From positions 124,001-188,000 of the forward strand of contig OZ025718.1 of the NCBI GenBank assembly GCA_964019335.1: DNA of 64,000 nucleotides, in the 5' to 3' direction. The notes under the pieces were generated by a model, which worked only from the letters and a program-made list of their open reading frames with translations, did no database searches and had not been told where the DNA came from. The DNA comes from Diplonema japonicum. Lineage: Eukaryota > Protista > Euglenozoa: Diplonemea. Each line of letters starts with the position of its first letter. The stretch's first letter is position 1. The position numbers were made by a program, and so were the translations under genes. Of the stretch, positions 12,216-24,641 are shown one piece after another.

Positions 12216-14093
12216 GAAGAAGAAGAAGAAGTTAGATTATATGGGTGGGAGAAACTCCTTTTTTTTCCCCCCCGGCAATGATGAAACATTTTCCTTGTTT
12301 TTCTTTTTTTTTTTCTCGCTCGCCCGTTGTGTCATCTCTTGTGATCTCTTGGGAGGACGCTTAGGAGGTGGAATAATCAGTTCCCCCCCCCCCCCCCCCC
12401 TTTCTCATGCATATAAAAATCTTTTTTATAATATCAACGGGAGCAGGAAAAAAAAAAAAAAAAAGGGAGGGGGATCAAAAGAAATATTCAGAGAAGTACC
12501 CACGAAAAAAAAAAAAGGAAACAATGCAACCTCGCAGCCACATCAGAAAAAGAAGAGTTCATGGGCCCCCATTGGGCATATGCCACATCACCCCCCCCGG
12601 AGAGATTGCTGCGAAGCTCCCTTTCCTTTTAAATTTTTTTTAAAGGAAAAAAAAAAAAGGAAAGAAAAAAAAAGTAATGTGTGGTATAGTAGTGGGTAGG
12701 GAAAACAATACAATAACACACACACATGCACAAAAAAAAAACCCCAGACGGCCAAAGAAATATGTCAACATAAATTCTCACAAATAGTAACAGAATGCAG
12801 GTTTTTTATTCCCCCCCCCCTCTTTTTTTTTAATGAGAAGGGCGGCGTACCGGGGGGGGAAACAAAAAAAAGAGGAACTGGTTATTCGTACGCGCCGGGC
12901 AGAAACTTGAAGAAGTTTTATAAACCCTTAACGTGGTCCCTTTCTTGTACAGAAGCCAAAAGACTTGTCTTGCCAAGGAAAAAAAAAAAAAAAAAAAAAA
13001 AACCCATTCACGCTCGCTCGTTTCGCACACCTTTAAAAAAAAATAGAAGAAATAAAATTAACCATGTACCAACAAGGGGAATGTCAACACTTTTCTTTCT
13101 TTTTTTTTTTGTGAGTTGGAAATCTTTTTTTGTTTTTTTTTTTGATTATTTGAGCAAAAAAAAGGGGGGGGGCACGATACAGTTTTCTGCGTTTTGTACT
13201 TTTTCTTTTGCATGTTCCCCCCAAAAAAAAAATGGCCCGTTGGTAGATGGTTAATTATAGAATCTTTTTTTTTTAAAAAAAAGAAGAAAAAAGAAAGAGG
13301 GGGGGGGGGGGGGGGGGGGGAGAAATCGAAAAACAAGAATGACCGGAGGAGCACCCCATTCCCTGTCAGAAGCAGTGCCATCAGAAAGGTCGCTAGTTTA
13401 CTGTAAAATATAAAGTCAAATACCACAGCCCTTCGCAGACCTTATCTTCTTGCTAACTTACAACACGCGCCCTTACAGGAAAAGGGCAACATCTGGGGCA
13501 TCTAAAGGTGGGGTGGGGTAGGGTGCTCCTCAGACATTTTGCATTTCAACGTCTTCGATAGCTCCCATTTCTCTTGTAGTTAAAAAAAAAAAAAATATAA
13601 TTGGGTATTTTTGCCCTTGTTTAGGCAGGGAAAAAAAAAAGAAAACAAAATTATAATAAGGGGAATAAAAAAAAAAAAAGAATTCCCTCTCCCATTTTTT
13701 TTTCTTTTTTTTTTTTTCCAAACCTTTAGGGAGCCGAATAGAATACCCCGCTTTGCGAAGAAATATAAATAAGGGGGATGGGGTGGGGGGAAAATAGGGC
13801 CAATGGGGGGGGGGGGGGGGGGAAACAGTTATGGGTTTGATTTCCCATTTTTAGCAGTTTTTCTCACACTCACACACACACAGGATTTTTTTTTCCTTTT
13901 TTTTTTCCTTTTTTTTTCCCGATAATAAATAATAATAATAGATTTTTTTTTTTTCTTTTTTTTTTTTTTTCTTGGAGCTATGTCAATAAAAAGTAAAAAA
14001 AAAAAAAAAAAAAAAATGCATTTTCCCGTTCTTTTCTTTCTTTTTTTTTTTTCTTTTTTCCTCCTCTCCATCCCAAATTCCTTAAAACGAACC

Positions 14094-14873
14094 TCACTCG
14101 GTGAGTGTCTTATACATGTCCATGAGATCTGCTGCAACACTAGCGTCCGGGATCAAAGTTCCAGTTACATCTGCTAGAGTCGAATTCCAGAAGGTGCCAT
14201 GGGCTGCGTAAAAGACACAGGCCGCCACTTGCCCAGGAGGGTAGTTCAACTCACGCATCTGCAAGACGGCAAGCATATCATTGGGGGGAACTAATGGAGG
14301 GGGTAGGGTGCCACCCACAAACGACGATGCCGTGTGAATGAGCACATTGAGAAACTTATCGCTGGTCGCAATGTACAGCTTGAAGCGCATCTGCTTCAGC
14401 ACGTCAGACTCCAGAAGAAGCAGCTGGTCAAGGGTGAAACAGTTTCCTGTTTTCTTAATCAAATCGGTGGGTCTTGGTGTCTCCACTTCCTTTAACTTCC
14501 CCGCAATCAGAATGGCACCCAGACCGATCGCGTTAAGCCAGGAGACCTCCACAAAGTTTCTGGCTATGTAAATGTCAAAAAGTTTTACGGCCAAGTGGAA
14601 TGTCTCCCGTTTGTACTTGTTACCCGTGATTATCCTTAACATCCAGCGTACCACATCTCTTCTCATCTCTTGGGTGGTTTCCCCGTTGGCATAGCCTGAC
14701 CACATTGGCGCCTGCAACCACGTCTTAACAAGTTCGCGCCACTCCCGTTTTCTTTCATCTATATTGCTCGCTTCTTCCGGGCTTGGCAGGGGTGGATTTG
14801 GGACCGCCTTCACCCTTTTTTGAGTACACCTTGGCGTGTTGGAATCAATCTGCGCCAATGGACCTTGTTTCAT
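14094..14873 (-). CDS. Cyclin (A/B-type cyclin box)
   Basis: MRRDVVRWM..YKRETFHLAVKLFD, GAILIAGKLKE, LESDVLKQMRF. Confidence 0.88.
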   Translation of the reverse strand: MKQGPLAQIDSNTPRCTQKRVKAVPNPPLPSPEEASNIDERKREWRELVKTWLQAPMWSGYANGETTQEMRRDVVRWMLRIITGNKYKRETFHLAVKLFDIYIARNFVEVSWLNAIGLGAILIAGKLKEVETPRPTDLIKKTGNCFTLDQLLLLESDVLKQMRFKLYIATSDKFLNVLIHTASSFVGGTLPPPLVPPNDMLAVLQMRELNYPPGQVAACVFYAAHGTFWNSTLADVTGTLIPDASVAADLMDMYKTLTE

Positions 14874-14972
14874 TTTTGTTTTTTGTTTTTTTGTTTGTGG
14901 GGAGACCGCTCCTTTTTTTTGTTTTTTTTTTTATTTTGGAGGGGGAAAAAAAAAGGGGGGGGGAGGAGAAAA

Positions 14973-17900
14973 TCACATCAATTTACCCACTGTCCCTGTT
15001 CCAATCCATCTACCCCCTTCTAGGTTTATCTCCAGCCCTTGCAGGGTTTTCTTTGTTCGCAGCACCGCAGTGGTGACATCTTCGTCGGGTGCATCGCTTT
15101 GGCTGTCGCTGTCGGAGTCTCCGAAAATTTTTTTCATCTCTGCCTCGATGTCCTTGTCGTACTGGTGTCCGGCGGGAGGGGCGTGCGTTTGGTGTGCCGT
15201 GTGGGCAGCGCGAGTGTTTTGCAGGTCTGTCAGCACCTCCCAACAGCACAACACCACACCAAAGATGTACCTACCCCCGGCCTGCGGAAGGTCTTGTTCC
15301 AGTATCATCAAGACTCGCTTCTTAACCCCAGACGAGCCTATCTTCAAGAGTGTCTTCAGAGATACTGAAACATGATAAATAAGTGTGTCAGAGACACTGT
15401 GTGCAGCGTGCCGAGTGATGTACGAAAGAACTTCCGCGAACCGAAGGTGTGCCTCAGGTGTCGTCACCCTTCCAAACTGCCGCAACACCGACTCGAACAG
15501 CAACTGCGGTGCGTGCAGGGCGGCCTTCCCCAGCACCTCGGGGTTCCCCATGTTGTTCTGGCAAACCGACAGCAGCTCTGCTTCTTCGTGTAAATCGATG
15601 GCCGCGATGCCCATTACCAAGCCCCTCTCGCACCGCTCTTTTACATCCACCTCCGTGACCCCTTCTGTCATTGCCTGCAGCGCATCCACAGAATCGAAGC
15701 TTGCCCTTTCTCTTACCCCACTGACTGCCAGGGCTGTTGATGCTGGGAGGTACATGTGCGGGTCTCCAGCCCAGACTGCTAGTTGTGACATGATGAAGTC
15801 AATTTCATGCGACTTTTCTTCCTTCAAAACAGTGTTCACGCACATCCCAACGCACTCCAAGACGTGAGCGGGCCGTGGTCGTGCTGCCTTTGCGGTGATG
15901 GCCAGGTTCTCCTCGACATAGTCCCTCCAGATCGCCTCGTCTGCGATGTTTTCGTAGCTCATCTCCGGTGCGCTCATGCTGTTCGTCCACGACGTCGGCT
16001 GCGAGGCATCCGTGGCAGCAAGCTTCCTTGCGATGCGCGGTACCTCCACGACGCCACCCAAGGTCACCATGCACACATTGAACAGTGCTGTCCTGTCGTA
16101 CGCTGTGCCCTGCGAGGCTTCCTTGCTCAGCCCAGCGAAATACTCTTCAAGCTCTTGTGGACACACCCCTTCTCGAAGCATCTCGGTCACTCTCGGGAAT
16201 GTCATCACGCAGACATACTGTGACAAACTGTGCTTGCTTCCCTCTCTGCACGCTGAGAGCAGCTCGCAGCACAGCCTCAACGCGTCTCCACACAGTTTGC
16301 TCTTGCCATGCATGAAGGGCACCACGCTCTTTGTGGCACGCCTCAGCACTACGCTCTCGATGCACCCTTTGAACCTTCTCACTACTGCTCGCATGCACTT
16401 TACAACAGATGTTCTCGATTTCGTTAGCCTCTCTATTGTGTTTCTCTGTGTTAAGAAGTCCGCTGTGGTTTCTGGTGGGTTTGTGCAGCCCTCTTGCAGC
16501 AGCGCCGTCAAACCCGCCATCAGGCATCTCGCCGTGTCGGGGGCAAGGTCTCTCGGGAGCCACGTTGCCAAACCCTCAACAACACCCCACCGCGTGGCCT
16601 TGTCCTCTATGAGAATTGCAAGCCAGTCACATGCCTCGCGGGACGTGTCGTACCGCACAAGAGAAGCACCCCCAACAACTGAGATCAGAAGATACGCCGC
16701 ATGAGACCGTACAGCAGGGCTGAGGGAAGAGTCGGCTATTTCTTTCAAAGAAGATAAAAAGCCTTCAAAGGCACCTACCTCAAGACTGAGCGCAAGAGTG
16801 TAGGTCTTGATCAAAACCACCGCGCAGCTCATCCCTGCCACGGCCGCTTGAGCGCTGCAGTCGCTGAGCTTGTGCACATCCAACATGTCTTCAATGGCGC
16901 TTGAGAGGCATTCCGAGAGACCATCGTGGAACCCAGTGCTGCAGCCTCGGTGCTTGCAGAGCTTTACGATTGTCGTGAGGCTTGGTGTGTGGGCTTGCAG
17001 CAAGAACGCCAAACAGTCGTCCTCGGCAGCTTGGATCGTGTCGTTGCTGAGCTGCAGCACTTCGTAGAGATCGACGAGGGCAGACAGCGTTGCTATGGGG
17101 GTGTCCCAGTCCCCCCGAGTGCTGAGGAGGGTTGTGAGAGACTTCAGGAGTGCTCCGTCCTGCATGCTGGAAGTCCACAGAGTGATAGATGCCACGTGGG
17201 TATCATCCGCCACGCCTGGTAGGTCTTCAACAACGTCGATGCCCCGTGCCATGGCAGCCGCTGTCGTCAGCAATGTTCCCAGCGCCTCACAGCTGCGCAT
17301 AGTAACGAGCTTGTCAGCGTCGCTAAGCATTGCACGCAGAGCGCCCGACACCACCGCCTGCTTCCACAAAGACACAATGTAGTTGTTGTTCTTCGGTATG
17401 AACAGCGGCACCCCCTCGTCGCCCTCCATCCACAGCCAACTGCACGCCGCCGTCCTCACACCCGCCCCTTCCCCACCAGCACTCTCCCTTCCCGATAATT
17501 TGCATATCTTTGCCAAAAGCTGTGCGGCTACACGCCGTGTTTCCGCTGCTTCTTTTTCTTGCTGCGACGGCTTCGGCAGGTCGGGCGGTGCCTCCACCTC
17601 TTCCTCCTCAACACGCAGCTTGAGAGCGTCCCAGCACAAGACCGCCAAGGCCTGGCCGGCGGCAGGTAGGAGGTACTGGATCATTGACGTCTGGCACCGT
17701 TCGGTTATGGTGCACAACGTGCTTAAAACAGATCGCAGGAGGCGCGAGACGTTCAGTGGGCAGGCTTCATGCTGTCGCTCCAGAGACACAGTGTTGGGGA
17801 CATCAGTGCCCGGGAATAGGAGAGCGAGGGAAGTAGGTGCAGACGGAGGTGCATGGCGAGTGGCGTCTTTTGTGTCCAGCGAAGGACAGTTGGCAACCTG

Positions 17901-18656
17901 CGGAGTTGCCGGCCTTCCAGGATAGAGAAGGATGGACGACCGGAATCCTTCTTGCGGTGGAGGTGCTGCCACGGGGTCTTCGCCCACGATGGCGTGGTGC
18001 GTAAGGCCGAGGAGCTCATCAATGGTGTGCGGCAAGACCCTCGTATCAAGCAGGGCATCAGATTCCATGTGATACTGAAGAAGCATGGCACGCCCAATGT
18101 TGTGGCTAGGACTCACATGCCGTGAACCCAATCTGCCTGTTAACTCTTCAAGGGAATAAAGAGGCCCGAGCAACATGCTTGCAGCTTCCCTGGCCCACAC
18201 AGGGTGCTCCATGCTGTGGACCACAGTCTTGAGCCCATCCTGGTACGGCTGGAGGTCAGCAGGGGGGACGGAGGCGAGCGCCTTACAAGCTTCGCGTACA
18301 GCCTGAGATCTGTTGGATGCCTCGTCTTCACTGTTGGCCAGCTCGGCTGAAAGGTAATGAATGAAGTTCTGCAAATAAGGTATAATGCTGCAGGGCATAC
18401 CTGTATGAGATTGCGGCACACATCATCTCTGGCGCTACACAGGGTCCGGAGTGCCGTGACTGCATTCTCGTCCATGTGGCTGTGCAGGTACTCTCCAAAC
18501 ACTTTTGCATTGCTACCTTCCCCAAAAGCAGATCTCACAATGGTCAACCCCATCTGTGTAAAGGGTGTCGTTGGCATGCCCGTAGTATACCATCTGCAGC
18601 GCGTCGGTCCCTCCGCTGAGCAGCTCGACGCATTTCCGAAGCATCGCGTCCGCCAT
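14973..18656 (-). CDS. Large helical-repeat (ARM/HEAT-like) protein; introns 18554-18590 and 18369-18400
   Basis: Two GT-AG introns join MADAMLRKC... to the 1148-aa ORF; Leu/Ala-rich amphipathic helices. Confidence 0.7.
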
Positions 18657-18753
18657 CCTTTTGCTCTTACCGCTTCCTAATGGCAGTAGACAACTGAATA
18701 CAAGGACTGGGAGAGAAAAAAAAACTAGGGCTTTTTAAGAAAAAGGATCAGGT

Positions 18754-21700
18754 TTATTCCGATCGCCTGAAGTACAAAGTTATGTGCTGCTCAGAAGCAC
18801 TTGGAGGGTTTTGCAGAGGGGGGGTAATGTCGAACAGATACTGCCCGATAGCCGTGCTGTTCGGGGTGATGTTGCGAGCAAGATCCCACGTACCGGACCT
18901 GAAACAAGGATTTACAACGGAATACAATTTTAAAAAGAAAAAAAGAAAAGAGGATAACACACCTTTCGCTTCGCAGGTGTGTGGCGAGATCGCACTTAAC
19001 CCCTAGCTGCTGGAGAGCCCAGTCCATGACGACAGCATGCGTAGGGCTGTCAGGCTGCTGCACGAGGTTATTGTGCAGAGCCTTGACAATGGGTTCAGGC
19101 CATGTCGCAACATGTGCACAGCACAGAAGAAGCACCGACGTGACGCTCGGTGGGAGGGACGCGATGCGTGGGTAGAGCTTCTCGCAGATAATAGAGCACA
19201 AGCGAGCACTCTTCACTGCTTTGGTGACGCAGAGTCCCCACAGGCACATCACCAGCTCGTGCGGGTCTGTGAAGAGATTCACACTGTTGATAATGTGCTC
19301 TACTAAAACAGACTTTGCAATGAATGTGTGCAACACAGCACCGCTGCATATGACGATCGCTATCTGTTGAGGAGAGTACGAACGAGGGTTCTCCTGCAGC
19401 CCTCGTGTCATTCCCGCCATGAACCTCTTGAAGTGTCCCCTGTTCCCTGCCTTTGAGCAATGTAGAAAACAACTGATCCTCGCTACCATTTCCGGGGTCG
19501 CTAGCTTTTGCCATCGCAACTCTGCACCGTCGAGGACGCTCTCCAGCATGGCGGAGCTGCTCAAGCTCGACTGCATGATGACGCACGCTTGATCGGGGGA
19601 CAGGTGGTTGCCTTGCCATGCTACAAACCAGAGTACAGACTCCCGCAGCACACTGATGTCCTCCAGCAGGTGGTCCAACGCCCACACAACGCACGTGACA
19701 TTCCACGCTGCGTGTTTGCATGGCACTTCGTCAGCCTCGACGACCTTGTCCATCACCTTCGATATGACGGGCACCACGCCTGCAATGGCTTTGTTCCGTT
19801 CGGTCGTTGCAGGCAGCTTCGCAAGCGCAGCCAGCAATATCGCTGCGTCGTCCAAACTGATCTCCCTGATGCCCTTTGCGAGAAAGGTGTTCAGGGACGC
19901 TGCCAAGCTGCTCTTCAGCACGCGTGGCTGCGGTTCGGCGAACTCTGCCACCGCAGACAGCAGCCCTATGGCAGCAGACTCGTCCTGAGGTGTGTAAGAA
20001 TAAATAAATAAAAAACCATACCGTTTTGAAATATTTGCCCTCAGGGTCCCGCAGCTGTATGTCGCACGCGTTCAACACCTCGATGTCCGGGACGTGCTTG
20101 ATGGCCACGAAAGCGCATAAAAACACAGACACTGTCACTGGGCTGTTCAGGGTGCGTTCTAGAATCTCTACCGACGCCTTCTCGACGGTGCTCAGAAGCT
20201 TCTCGCTTCGGAAATTAAGCGAAGCGCAGCACAGTAGCAGCAGCGTGTATTCGTGCAGGCTGTAGTCCTCGATGTCCTCGAGTATGCCTTCGACCGTGAT
20301 GCGCACGCCGAACGTCTTCAGTTCCCGTTCTGTGAGGTTGGGAATCTTGGATAGAACGAACAGCAGAACCGGCTTCGAGACGTCTGTGCGCTGCATAGCA
20401 GAGTACACGGCCTTCAAGGCAGATGCATCGTCCACACACTGTGCCAGCTCTGCTAGCAGAAAAAGTGTCTCTACCGAGGCTGCACCTTGCACGACCACAG
20501 CAGCGCACGCATGGGCGAATAAGCTTTGTGTCTCGTACTGGGTGTCTCTGCACGTTGTCAGAATTATCTCCAACTCACGCTGCGACATGTTGTGGAAGTT
20601 GTTCTCCCTATTATTGCACATGGCGTGCAAGATGTCGCCGACAAGTCTAGCTGCGGGGCCCGCCACCCTGGTGGTGCTCCCTTTAGCTTGCATCACAAGA
20701 CCATCGAGAATGGTCAGGTCCTGCTTTACCAGCTGTTTGACGACACTCCCCACTGCGGGTTGTTCCAACGCACGTACGAAACGCAGCTGCAAAGCTCCCT
20801 TCAAAGGAAGCTGTGAAATAGTCTTCACAAAATGGAACACGCAAAGAGGCACAAACACACCGAGCATGCCTACAACATCGTGCACGAGACGGGCCACTGC
20901 ATCGCGTGTGGCCGTGTGTGAAAAGTAAAACGGCGTGAAATACTTTTGGAGAACCTCCGCACGGCCGCACCAGACACCGGAGAAGCTCTGGAAGCGGTTC
21001 AACACCGCGGACTTGAGTTCCAAAAGACCATAAGTGGGGTGCAAAGCGGCCAGAAAATCAACGGTGTCAACGTAACCAAGCCCGGAAACACGAGGAAACA
21101 AATGCTTCAGGATAAACCCGCGGGTACCAATCGCCGTCTCGGGGCTTTTCGAGATAAGCGTGCGGACGGCCGCGATAAGGACGTCAGACGGGACGGTCTT
21201 GATGGTGTCTCCATAACGCATGATGTCCACATTGTCGGGCTGCTCAAGAAGGAGGTCGTGAACAGGGCTTCTTCGCGGCTCGGTGTCATAATCGCAGACT
21301 GTTCGGAGTACAGCCTGTGCGGCATTGGGGTCGGGGAGAAAAGGGATGAGATCGTTTGCCACCGTCACCCATGTCTTGTCGTGCTTCCCTTTGTCGAGGG
21401 CATGCTCGAACGCTTCAGTACGACGAATGCTCCGGCTAAATTTGTTCTCGAGCATGGCAGGCACTGCTTTGCCTTGACATCTTGTAAGGTACCACATTTG
21501 TACGTACGGCAGCGCGTCCTTATTGGAGTAGTGTTGCAAGATATTTCCCCCCGTTTGGTATAGACGAAGCCTGACAGCCGCCTTCATGGAGGATACAACA
21601 AACGCTGTCCCCCACGCTCCCTTGTAGTCCTTCAGAATTTGTTCGAGAAATTGCTGCGTCGGGGCGTGTTGGGCTAGGAAAGAGTTGAACCGCCATTTTC

Positions 21701-22241
21701 GAGGAACATCCCCGAGAGTCTTAAGGTGTCCGAGGGCTTTTTCTGTGTCGGGAAGAGCTTTCTTCAGCAAGATAAAATGGTGTACCGGTGCGATAGTGAT
21801 GTTCTTGCAGATTTCTAGACATGACTCGAAGGATTTCTGGTGTTTCAAGTACGCCTCGATAGCATTTGCCGAGAAGTGTATGTTGCTCTCAGTGCACTGT
21901 TTAAAGTAGTTCTCCGCTGTGTCGAGCATTCCTGTGTGAAGGAGCCGTGTCAAGATGGCAGAGGCCACCAAGGGTCCTATTGGTGCATTGTATATCAGGA
22001 GGTGATTCAGGGTCTCGAGAACTTCTTTGATCTGGGCTTGTGTGCAATTCTCCTGAATCATGCATTTATGGGCCCCTCTGAGGAAGGCGAGGGTATCTAG
22101 ATCGTCTTTGAGCCCATTGTGTTCTTGTATTGCACGCGCTGCATTCTTGTATCCCACCTCTGTCACGAAACCCTCAATTCGACCGTTTCCGGCGACCCAT
22201 TTTTGTACAATACCCGCGGTCCTCAGACCGGCCCGGTTCAT
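18754..22241 (-). CDS. Large helical-repeat protein, possibly organellar PPR/FASTK-like; introns 19985-20021 and about 18899-18962
   Basis: Two GT-AG introns join three ORFs in frame; Arg-containing N-terminus; degenerate helical repeats (YSPQQIAIVI, PHELVMCLWGL, PPSVTSVLL). Confidence 0.65.
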
Positions 22242-22540
22242 GCTTTATTATAGGGTAGGTTTTTTTTTTTTTTTTATAAAAAAAAAAAAAAAAAAAAGAA
22301 ACAAGAAATGAGGAGCGGGGGGGATGAGAACGAAAAGACAAAAATTTTGGCGTTTTTTTTTTTTTTTTTTAATTTATCACCCCCCATTTTTTTTTTCTTC
22401 GTTGTTCTTTTTTTTATTTTTATTTTGTTTTTTTAGGGGGGGGGAGAGGCCTCTTTTCTTTTTCCTTTCTTAAAAGCTAACATACGCAGATAACGATGCG
22501 AAAAATAGCGTTGCAACACAAAAGAGGGAAAACCGGAGGG

Positions 22541-22572
<32 letters not shown>

Positions 22573-23190
22573 CTCTTTTTTTCTTTTTCTTTTTCGGTCC
22601 TGAGCGTTATTTACTCCTTTTTAATTTCAGTCCTACATTCCTTCTTTTTTTTTTTTTTTTTTTCTATTATTATTATTACCCTCTCAATTTTACCTCATTC
22701 ACTAGAAAGAATGCACTTCCGGAGTTTGAGCCCGGCCGCCGACGGGTTCTGTTTTCCCAATTTTTCCTAAAAGGGAAACTGAATTAAGTAGAAAACTGAG
22801 GGAGAGTAAAATAAAAAAAACCAGCTATTCACGCCCAATAACCTTCTGTCAGAAAATTCATTTCTTCGTGTCATGAATAAATAGCTACTTCTGAAAAGAA
22901 AGGGAGAAAGGGAAACAGAAAAAAAAATAGCGGGGGAGAAAACCCAAAGAGCACTAAGCAGCAGCATGGAAGGGCACCCTTTTCAAAGGTATCAATGGGA
23001 AGGGGAAAAAAAAAATTATTTTTCAAATTCCCATTTTCTTTTTTTTTTTTTTTTATAAATGATCCCGGAGCATATGTTGTAAAAAGAAAAGGAAGAGTAG
23101 AGGGAAAGAAAAGAAGAATTCTTTTCTGGGGAAAAAAAAAAAAAAATCACGCCTTTTTTTTTTAAACCCCCCCTCATATCCCTGTGACAA

Positions 23191-23244
23191 TATAGACTGA
23201 AACTATATGTTTGTGTATATAGACAGAAACTATATGTTTGTGTG
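23191..23244 (-). repeat. Tandem 27-nt repeat resembling the 3' half of a euglenozoan spliced leader
   Basis: Minus strand reads ACACAAACATATAGTTTC(T/A)GTCTATA twice, followed by TTG. Confidence 0.6.
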
Positions 23245-23400
23245 CACGAGCGGTATTTTTACCTAATAAAAATAAAACCACACGCTTTGCACATCAACTC
23301 GTTTCCAGTCTCAACAAATAATTTCGTTTAAAAAAGAAAGAAGAAATTCCTGATCCCAGGTTTTCATTTCGGCCACTACAGAGATATGATTGGTTGGTAC

Positions 23401-23432
<32 letters not shown>

Positions 23433-23712
23433 ACATTTAGAAAAAAAGAGGAAAAAGAAAAGGACAGATAAACGGCAAAAGCCATCGACAAGCGAGAAAA
23501 AAAAAAGGGCCAAAAAAATTGCAGAATTTGATTTCTTTTCATCGTGTTAAGGTTTTCTCAATACAAAACGAAGACGGATAAATAAAGAGAGGAAAAAAAA
23601 AAGAAAGAAAAAAAAAAAGAAAAAAATAATAATAACACACTCTTTTTTTTTTCTTCTTCTTCTTTTGTTTCTTCTAATATTACAGCCCCCCCCCCCCCCC
23701 CCCCCCAGGGCA

Positions 23713-23859
23713 ATGTTGGCAAAGAAACGCGTTTTCCAAGCTTTTTTTTTTTCGAAAAAAAAAAAAGAAAACGTTTCCTTATTTCGGGGCCTTTTCTTAG
23801 GTATCTGAAAAAATAAGGAAACGGAAAACGGAAACGTTTCCCAGTTTCTTTGCCAACAT
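23713..23859. repeat. Foldback / MITE-like inverted repeat 1
   Basis: ATGTTGGCAAAGAAAC/GTTTCTTTGCCAACAT (16 bp perfect) plus inner CGTTTCCTTATTT/AAATAAGGAAACG. Confidence 0.8.
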
Positions 23860-23883
23860 AGCCCTGAGGTCATCAAAAGCCCT

Positions 23884-23911
23884 ATGCAAAGGTAGTTTTT
23901 TTCAGTTTTTC

Positions 23912-23956
<45 letters not shown>

Positions 23957-24040
23957 GTTTTTCTAAGGCCTTCGACCCAGATCCGGTTTCTACCACTCCC
24001 GACCCTTTTCCTGCCCAAGAATGGGTAAATTAAAAAATCG

Positions 24041-24073
<33 letters not shown>

Positions 24074-24209
24074 TGAAAGGGGTAGAAACCGGATCTATCT
24101 GGGTGTGCTTTGTGGCGGGTTGGGTCACGGTATATGGTCGAATGGCCTTAGAAAAGCGTTTTTTTAGAAAAGCGTTTTTTTAGAAAAACTGAAAAAACCA
24201 CCTTTGCAT
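23884..24209. repeat. Foldback / MITE-like inverted repeat 2
   Basis: Three nested complementary blocks, including AGATCCGGTTTCTACC (23979-23994) / GGTAGAAACCGGATCT (24081-24096). Confidence 0.85.
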
Positions 24210-24391
24210 GGGATTTTTTTTGGGGGGGGGGTTTTGATACCCCCTACCCCTCCCTTCCATTTCTCCTTTTTTTTTCTTTCGTATGATCACCATTTAAAAG
24301 TATTTAAAAATGGAAAAAAAAATAACTGAACACTTTTTTTTTTCTTTTTTCTTCTTTTTTTTTTCCCCTTCCCATCCAAAGAACACACAAC

Positions 24392-24444
<53 letters not shown>

Positions 24445-24516
24445 CAACAAAAAAAGATAGTGCTGCTTTAGTTTCTTTTTCAAGGACAAAAAAAAAATTC
24501 TTTTTTCCCATTAAAG

Positions 24517-24609
24517 TCATGCCGAGTGGCCGGAGCTCCATGAGCTGAGCATGGCCTGCAAAGTGCACACTGATGTGGAGTCCGACATTGCGGCCTTTTA
24601 AAAGTTTCG

Positions 24610-24641
<32 letters not shown>

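Noticed and set aside
2640-14873. CDK and cyclin proximity as a functional cluster
   Set aside because: They are 10 kb apart with unrelated sequence between, and polycistronic clusters are generally not functionally grouped
14973-22241. Apparent frameshifts or non-canonical introns between consecutive ORFs
   Set aside because: All breaks are resolved by canonical short GT-AG introns
22719-22742. CCGGAGTTTGAGCCCGG, tRNA T-arm-like
   Set aside because: No D-arm, anticodon arm or 5' acceptor strand upstream
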